This document shows, piece by piece, positions 58,447 to 64,000 of a DNA stretch of 64,000 nt (position 1 is its first letter; the number at the start of each line of letters is the position of its first letter). The DNA is from Bacilli bacterium (GTDB lineage Bacteria; Bacillota_I; Bacilli_A; RFN20; CAG-826): contig JAZQOV010000011.1 in NCBI GenBank assembly GCA_045628045.1, positions 4,912 to 68,911 on the forward strand, given 5' to 3'. Below the pieces are notes generated by a model. The model did not search any database. It was not told the DNA's origin and saw only the letters and a program-made list of their open reading frames with translations. The translations under genes and the position numbers were made by a program.

Positions 58447-61400
58447 ATGAAGAAAAGTAGATTTTATACTTTATTAGCTCTATCAAGTATCCTTACTTTA
58501 GGAACTGCTTTTGCAGCCACCTCAATTAATGATGAAACTAATAGAAACCAAGGCATTAACGAATTAAATGCAGAGTCTTTGTCAGAGGATAAACTTTATG
58601 TTGCTCCTGCTGCAGTTTCTCCATATACATACACTACTTCTCCAACTAATGAACCGTGGTATAAAAATAGCCACGAATACCATTCTACAGCAACTGGATC
58701 AGATGGGTTTGATTATCAAAGAAACCAAAAAACTACAATGTATGATTTCATGAATGTTTCTGAAACATGGAACTCATATCGTGGTGAAAATGTTAAAGTA
58801 GCCGTTATTGACACAGGTTGTTATACATCACATGAAGACTTTAACGGCACAAATATAAAAACAATCTCTAAAAACATGGTGTCAGGAACAACTGGATTAT
58901 CAGCTGTAAATGATGCTCATGGACATGGAACAACTTCTGCAGCAACAATTGCGGCCGCTGTTAATGGTAAAGGCGGCACCGGAATTGCACCAAATGTAGA
59001 ATTAATAGTTTTGAAATGCGTTGATGCTAACAATGCTTTTAGTAATACTGCAATTAACAATGCTCTTCAATATTGTATTGATAATGATGTTGATGTCATT
59101 AACATGTCAATTCAAGGTTACAACGTTTATTCAAACTTTTCCTCAACATATGTTGAAGATTTTGGAAATTACACGGTAAACACAACTTCATCTGGCATAA
59201 TGACTCCTACACAATTCTCTACAAAAATTAAAGCTTGTCACGATGCTGGTATTACTTTAGTTGCCGCTGCCGGTAACTATAATACTTCCAAAGAATCATA
59301 TCCTGCTGCCAATGATTATGTCATTGCTGTTGGCTCCACAGGCTTAACGAGTGCAACATCAAAAGCTGGTTATTCCAATTATGGAGATTGGCTTGATATT
59401 AGTGCTCCTGGTTACGTTTATACTCCATCGCTATCCGGAACCGACCAATATTCTGTTACAAATGGCACAAGCTTTTCTGCTCCTTTGGTTACTGGTGCAA
59501 TAGCACTATATAAATCAAAATATCCTGATGCAACTCCTGATCAAATTGAAGAAGCTCTAAAAGCGACTGCTCAACCAATTAATTGGCAAGGTGGCGCTGG
59601 GGCAGTTAATGTTGGAGCTTTCTTGGAATATGCTCCTAAGTCACCAGTTAGCAGTTTAGCTCTTCCTGATGAAACAAAGACATTATCTGTTGGAGAAACA
59701 TATCAACTAATTCCAACAATTTTACCGTCTGATGCTTCGCAAGAAGTTACTTATGGTAACACAGACAATTCTGTTGTATCAATTTCAAATACTGGATTAG
59801 TCACTGCATTAAAAGCAGGGACATCAACAGTCACTGTGTATAGTAAAAACACATCCATCTATGACACAGTTGTAATTACTGTTAATGCTGTTACTGGCGA
59901 GAAAAAAACAGTATCAAAAGAATGGACTTTAACCAGTTCTAATACTGATTGGACAGCATCAGGAAACGAAACATATTTTAGCCAGCCTTATGGTTACAAA
60001 GCAAATGGTGGAACTCTCATTACAACAAATTCAATAGAAGACTTTACTAAAACAAACAAAACAGAGATTAAAGTTAGTTTTAAGTGTCTCCAAAATGGTG
60101 GTTCAAGTTCAAAAATCACTATTTACCTTTACGATAGCAGTGGAAACGTATTAGGTTCAGAAGTTTTTACTCCTGTAAATAAAAATTCAGCTTCCAATAC
60201 CGAATATTGCACAGCAACATTCACATCAAATTTAACTAATGCAGCCAAAATAGGAATGAAGGTCACTACGTTTGGAAAGAACATTTTGGTTAATGGTGCA
60301 AAGTATGAATTGACTTATCTAGATTCAGGAGCAACCCCGTCAGTTAAGACGCTTTCTAGCATTTCTGTTTCTAATCAAAAAACCACATTTACTGTTGGTG
60401 AAACATGGACATTTGGCGGAACAGTAACTGCTACTTACTCTGACAATTCAACTGCAGATGTTACTTCTAATGTCACATTCAGCGGTAACACAACATCATC
60501 CGCCGGTCAAAAAACGGTAACTGTTTCTTATAAAGAAGGCAGTGTTGAAAAAACAACAACCTATTCAATTACTGTTTCAGCACCGGTTGTTACAAATTAC
60601 ACTGTCACATTTAACTCAAATGGTGGTTCGGGCACAATGACTAGCAAAACCACTACTGGTTCTACATATGTTGTTCCTGAATCTAACTTTACAAAAGAAG
60701 GCTATACATTTGACAAATGGGCTCTTAATAGTACATCTGGTAGTAAATACGCAGCCGGAACAACAATCAATAATATCTCCTCTAATATCACGTTATATGC
60801 TACATGGATTCAAGATTTAACACCTCAACCAGGTGATTATTACAAGGATGTCGACACAAGCTCTCAAGAAAATCTAATTTCAACATTGCATTCAACCATT
60901 TCACAGGGAACTGTAGATGTTGGTTATGATGGCCTTTGGGATGCTTATGAAAAAACAGATTTACGTCCTGGGACAAATTATTATTGGGATATGTATTCCA
61001 ATTATAATTTTACAAAATCTTCGCCAAATAGCAATTATAAAAAAGAAGGTGACGCAGTAAATAGAGAGCACACTGTTCCACAATCTTGGTTTAATGAAAA
61101 ATCTCCAATGAAAGCCGACTTATTTCATGTTTATCCAACTGACGGCTATGTAAACAATAGAAGATCTAATTATCCTCATGGTGATGTTGGTAATGCAACA
61201 TATACTTCTGAAAACGGAAGTAAATTGGGAACAGCTAGCTTTCCAGGAATTTCAGGCACCGTTTTTGAAGTAATTGATGAATATAAGGGCGATTTTGCCC
61301 GCAGCTATTTTTATATGGCTACCAGATACTATAATACGTTTAATGATTGGGATTCAAACGTGATATTCCAAAAAACACCGCCGTATATGACTTCTGCTTT

Positions 61401-64000
61401 CATCAATCAATATTATGCATGGCATATAGCTGATCCGGTTTCAGAAAAGGAAGTAAACCGTAATGAAGCAGTTTATGGAATTCAGAAAAATAGAAATCCG
61501 TACATTGATCATCCTGAATGGGTTGCATATGCTTTTAAAGGCATTGCTCCAATTGTGGGTGAAAAAACACTTAACTCAATCACTTTAAGTGGTTCACAAA
61601 AAACAGAATTTACTGTTGGTGAAACTTTCTCATATACTGGATTAGTTGTCACTGCTCATTACTCAGACAACACAACAGCAATAGTAACACCAACAAGTGT
61701 TTCTACACCAGACATGAATTCTGCTGGTGAGAAAACAGTTACTGTTACCTATACAGATTCAACAGGAACAAAGACTGATACTTATACTATTACAGTAAAA
61801 AGCAGTGGAGTTACACCAGAGCCAGAAAAACACACAACTGCATTAACACTAGATAAAACAACCGCAACAATAAAAGTAGGAGAAAATCTAACATTAACAG
61901 CAACTAAGACGCCATCTGATTCAGTTGATGGAATTAGTTGGTCCACGGACAATTCTTCTATTGCAACAGTTTCAAATGGTGTAGTAACAGGCGTTTCTCC
62001 AGGAACTGCAACTATCACAGCTACATCTAATGGCATCCCTGCCACTTGTTTAGTTGAAGTTAAATCACAAAGCACTAGTAGTACTGTCACAGCATCAATT
62101 GATTTTACAAATAGTAATGATTCTTACAAAGACAGTGTTGGAAATACATGGACAGGAGCCGGAGGCAATAAAGGAAATTATTATCGACTTGATAGTGCTG
62201 ATTCTATAACAAGCTCATCAATTTCTATTGATACTTCAAAAACAATAGATCTTTCTCTATACATTGGTTCATATGGTAGTGGCACCAAAACGCTAAGTGC
62301 TTATGCAATTAATAGTTCTGGAACAGTTGTTACAAACCAAGTTTCAATGTCACCAACATCTACGAGTTCAAATAAATTTACAGGGACTCTAACTTTTAAT
62401 AACACCTCAGATTCAAATATTAAAATTGTTTTTAAAACAACTTCTGGTTCAATTCGTTTTTACAAAGGAGATATTACTTATACTCCGTTGTCAATTGGAC
62501 CACAAGTAACAAGCATTTCATTAAGTGAATCAGAATTAACTTTTGATTTATATGATAATTATTCGCCTCAAACACTTACTGCTAGTATTGAAGCAGATGT
62601 CGGTGCCGACAAAACAATACTTTGGACATCTTCTGATGAAACTGTCGCAACAGTTGTTGATGGTGTTGTTACTCCTCACTCCAAAGGAACTGCAACAATT
62701 ACCGCAACATCTAAAGCAAATTCAGAGATAAAAGCTACTTGTAAAGTTGAAGTTACTGATTCTAGTCCGATACCGGTCACCGGAATAACATTAAATGAAA
62801 CTTCAGCAACACTTATAATTGGTTCAACCTTGACATTAGAAGCAACAATCACACCTACTAATGCTACAAATAAAAATATTAGTTGGTCTTCTAATAATGA
62901 AAATATTGCTACTGTTTCAGATGGCCTTGTTACAAGCAAGGCTATTGGTACAGCTATTATAACAGTTACGACAGATGACGGCGGTTTTACTGCAACTTGT
63001 ACAATAACTGTCAGTGCCGCACCTGTTATCACATATCAACTTGAAGCAGATGAAACAGAAGTTCCATTTATGAGCGGAACAAATCATATTGCTTCGGTTG
63101 GAGTCAAATTGTATCAATACACAAATGGTGTTAAAGGAAACCAGGTTAGTTCAGGAAGCTCTAATGTTGATACTTCTTCATTAGGCAACAAAACAATTTC
63201 TTATATTTATCAAGATATTACATACGAAACGATAGTTAAAGTAACAAATTATGGTGCTGATGTTGGCTTGCCAACCCAATTAGATCCAGTAACTAATAAC
63301 ATAACGTCAAGTTTTACAGTCACTAGCAGTACTACTAGCTCCTGGAGTATGCCAACTGGATGGACTGTTACAAGTAGTGGAACAACTGGTTACGAAGCCA
63401 ATCGAGGAATTCAATTACAAAAGAACGCAAAAATATCGTTCGTTCTTCCTTCATATAAGAATATTACTTCCATTTCTTTAGATGTTGCAAGAAGCAGTAA
63501 TGGATCAGGTTCTTTTACGGTAACCGTTGATGACGAATTAGTTAAAACAATTTCTAGTTTTAATACTACAAAAACTACACAAACGATTAAATTTGATGAG
63601 GCAAAATCAGGTGTTATTAAAATTGATGGCAGCGCTTCTGCTAGCTCATTATATATCAAAGCAATTTCTATAAATTATCAAGAAATTGTAGAAGGTCAAT
63701 TAATTGAACACAATGCCACACCAAATCAACAAGCGATAGCCTGGTCTGATTATTTTATTAAGTTAACTGGTGGCGGAGCATTTGATGGACCATGTAAAGA
63801 ATCAACTCCAGAAGCAAGAAGAGCTGCACTTCAAGAAATTTGGGGTGAAGTCTCTGCAGAATATGGTTACATGGTAAATGGATCTAAAGATGCATTCTGT
63901 GATTCATCTGCCACTGGTTCTATTTCAGAGGCAATGCAACATTATAGTTACATTGTTGATACATATGGATTAGATAATTTCGTTAAAGATGGATCAGGTA
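58447..64000 (+). CDS. giant secreted multi-domain protein, 3'-partial: subtilisin-like S8 protease + Big_2 domains + Listeria-Bacteroides repeat + endonuclease I (EndA/NucM-like) domain + further Big_2 domains
   Basis: RBS AAAGAGG. Signal peptide LALSSILTLGTAFAA. S8 triad motifs VAVIDTGC, HGHGT, GTSFSAPLVTGAIAL. Endonuclease-I-like block NREHTVPQSWFNEKSPMKADLFHVYPTDGYVNNRRSNYPHG. Big_2 blocks (ATVSNGVVTGVSPGTATITATS). The frame is open to the window end. Confidence 0.8.
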   Translation, partial: MKKSRFYTLLALSSILTLGTAFAATSINDETNRNQGINELNAESLSEDKLYVAPAAVSPYTYTTSPTNEPWYKNSHEYHSTATGSDGFDYQRNQKTTMYDFMNVSETWNSYRGENVKVAVIDTGCYTSHEDFNGTNIKTISKNMVSGTTGLSAVNDAHGHGTTSAATIAAAVNGKGGTGIAPNVELIVLKCVDANNAFSNTAINNALQYCIDNDVDVINMSIQGYNVYSNFSSTYVEDFGNYTVNTTSSGIMTPTQFSTKIKACHDAGITLVAAAGNYNTSKESYPAANDYVIAVGSTGLTSATSKAGYSNYGDWLDISAPGYVYTPSLSGTDQYSVTNGTSFSAPLVTGAIALYKSKYPDATPDQIEEALKATAQPINWQGGAGAVNVGAFLEYAPKSPVSSLALPDETKTLSVGETYQLIPTILPSDASQEVTYGNTDNSVVSISNTGLVTALKAGTSTVTVYSKNTSIYDTVVITVNAVTGEKKTVSKEWTLTSSNTDWTASGNETYFSQPYGYKANGGTLITTNSIEDFTKTNKTEIKVSFKCLQNGGSSSKITIYLYDSSGNVLGSEVFTPVNKNSASNTEYCTATFTSNLTNAAKIGMKVTTFGKNILVNGAKYELTYLDSGATPSVKTLSSISVSNQKTTFTVGETWTFGGTVTATYSDNSTADVTSNVTFSGNTTSSAGQKTVTVSYKEGSVEKTTTYSITVSAPVVTNYTVTFNSNGGSGTMTSKTTTGSTYVVPESNFTKEGYTFDKWALNSTSGSKYAAGTTINNISSNITLYATWIQDLTPQPGDYYKDVDTSSQENLISTLHSTISQGTVDVGYDGLWDAYEKTDLRPGTNYYWDMYSNYNFTKSSPNSNYKKEGDAVNREHTVPQSWFNEKSPMKADLFHVYPTDGYVNNRRSNYPHGDVGNATYTSENGSKLGTASFPGISGTVFEVIDEYKGDFARSYFYMATRYYNTFNDWDSNVIFQKTPPYMTSAFINQYYAWHIADPVSEKEVNRNEAVYGIQKNRNPYIDHPEWVAYAFKGIAPIVGEKTLNSITLSGSQKTEFTVGETFSYTGLVVTAHYSDNTTAIVTPTSVSTPDMNSAGEKTVTVTYTDSTGTKTDTYTITVKSSGVTPEPEKHTTALTLDKTTATIKVGENLTLTATKTPSDSVDGISWSTDNSSIATVSNGVVTGVSPGTATITATSNGIPATCLVEVKSQSTSSTVTASIDFTNSNDSYKDSVGNTWTGAGGNKGNYYRLDSADSITSSSISIDTSKTIDLSLYIGSYGSGTKTLSAYAINSSGTVVTNQVSMSPTSTSSNKFTGTLTFNNTSDSNIKIVFKTTSGSIRFYKGDITYTPLSIGPQVTSISLSESELTFDLYDNYSPQTLTASIEADVGADKTILWTSSDETVATVVDGVVTPHSKGTATITATSKANSEIKATCKVEVTDSSPIPVTGITLNETSATLIIGSTLTLEATITPTNATNKNISWSSNNENIATVSDGLVTSKAIGTAIITVTTDDGGFTATCTITVSAAPVITYQLEADETEVPFMSGTNHIASVGVKLYQYTNGVKGNQVSSGSSNVDTSSLGNKTISYIYQDITYETIVKVTNYGADVGLPTQLDPVTNNITSSFTVTSSTTSSWSMPTGWTVTSSGTTGYEANRGIQLQKNAKISFVLPSYKNITSISLDVARSSNGSGSFTVTVDDELVKTISSFNTTKTTQTIKFDEAKSGVIKIDGSASASSLYIKAISINYQEIVEGQLIEHNATPNQQAIAWSDYFIKLTGGGAFDGPCKESTPEARRAALQEIWGEVSAEYGYMVNGSKDAFCDSSATGSISEAMQHYSYIVDTYGLDNFVKDGSG

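Noticed and set aside
1-64000. Considered Mycoplasma-type genetic code (TGA=Trp).
   Set aside because: Many well-supported genes end in TGA (e.g. 23407-23409, 31301-31303). Trp is consistently TGG in the conserved WKN repeats. Long ORFs are intact under the standard code.

Overview
This is a 64-kb chromosomal segment of about 30% GC that uses the standard genetic code: TGA terminates many ORFs and Trp is encoded by TGG. Gene content suggests an Acholeplasma-like Mollicute or a related low-GC Firmicute; this is inference only. Supporting content: lipobox lipoproteins; giant secreted or membrane-anchored proteins built from Big_2 domains, Listeria-Bacteroides repeats and 26-residue surface repeats; SGNH/GDSL hydrolase paralogs; ABC exporters.

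Coding density is high and almost everything is on the + strand. No rRNA, tRNA or CRISPR array was recognised.

Housekeeping genes I can name:
- an ABC ATPase plus permease (1442-3904)
- a fused MacB-like ABC/FtsX protein (8106-10454)
- a RumA-family 23S rRNA m5U methyltransferase (10456-11802)
- an AMP-dependent ligase (32170-33891)
- a thyA-folA pair (56494-57820)

Accessory content, from roughly 11.8 to 23.7 kb:
- two class II Fic proteins
- a YafQ/RelE toxin paired with a DUF2442-XRE antitoxin
- a DUF2779 nuclease-like protein
- a Phd/RelB-like antitoxin whose RelE/ParE toxin carries an in-frame TAA
- a cluster of duplicated promoter + small-hairpin-RNA units

Other notable features:
- An IS200/IS605-family TnpB-only element (about 49870-51241) has split a DUF1016/YhcG-type nuclease gene.
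- A STAS / PP2C / GHKL-kinase partner-switching module (52122-56484) has unusual fusions (a STAS domain fused to a protein-kinase-like domain; phosphatase and kinase in one membrane protein) and no sigma factor nearby.
- The window ends inside a gene of more than 1850 codons for a subtilisin (S8) + Big_2 + endonuclease-I surface protein.

Domain-family assignments were made by eye from motifs, not by search, and should be confirmed with HMM searches.
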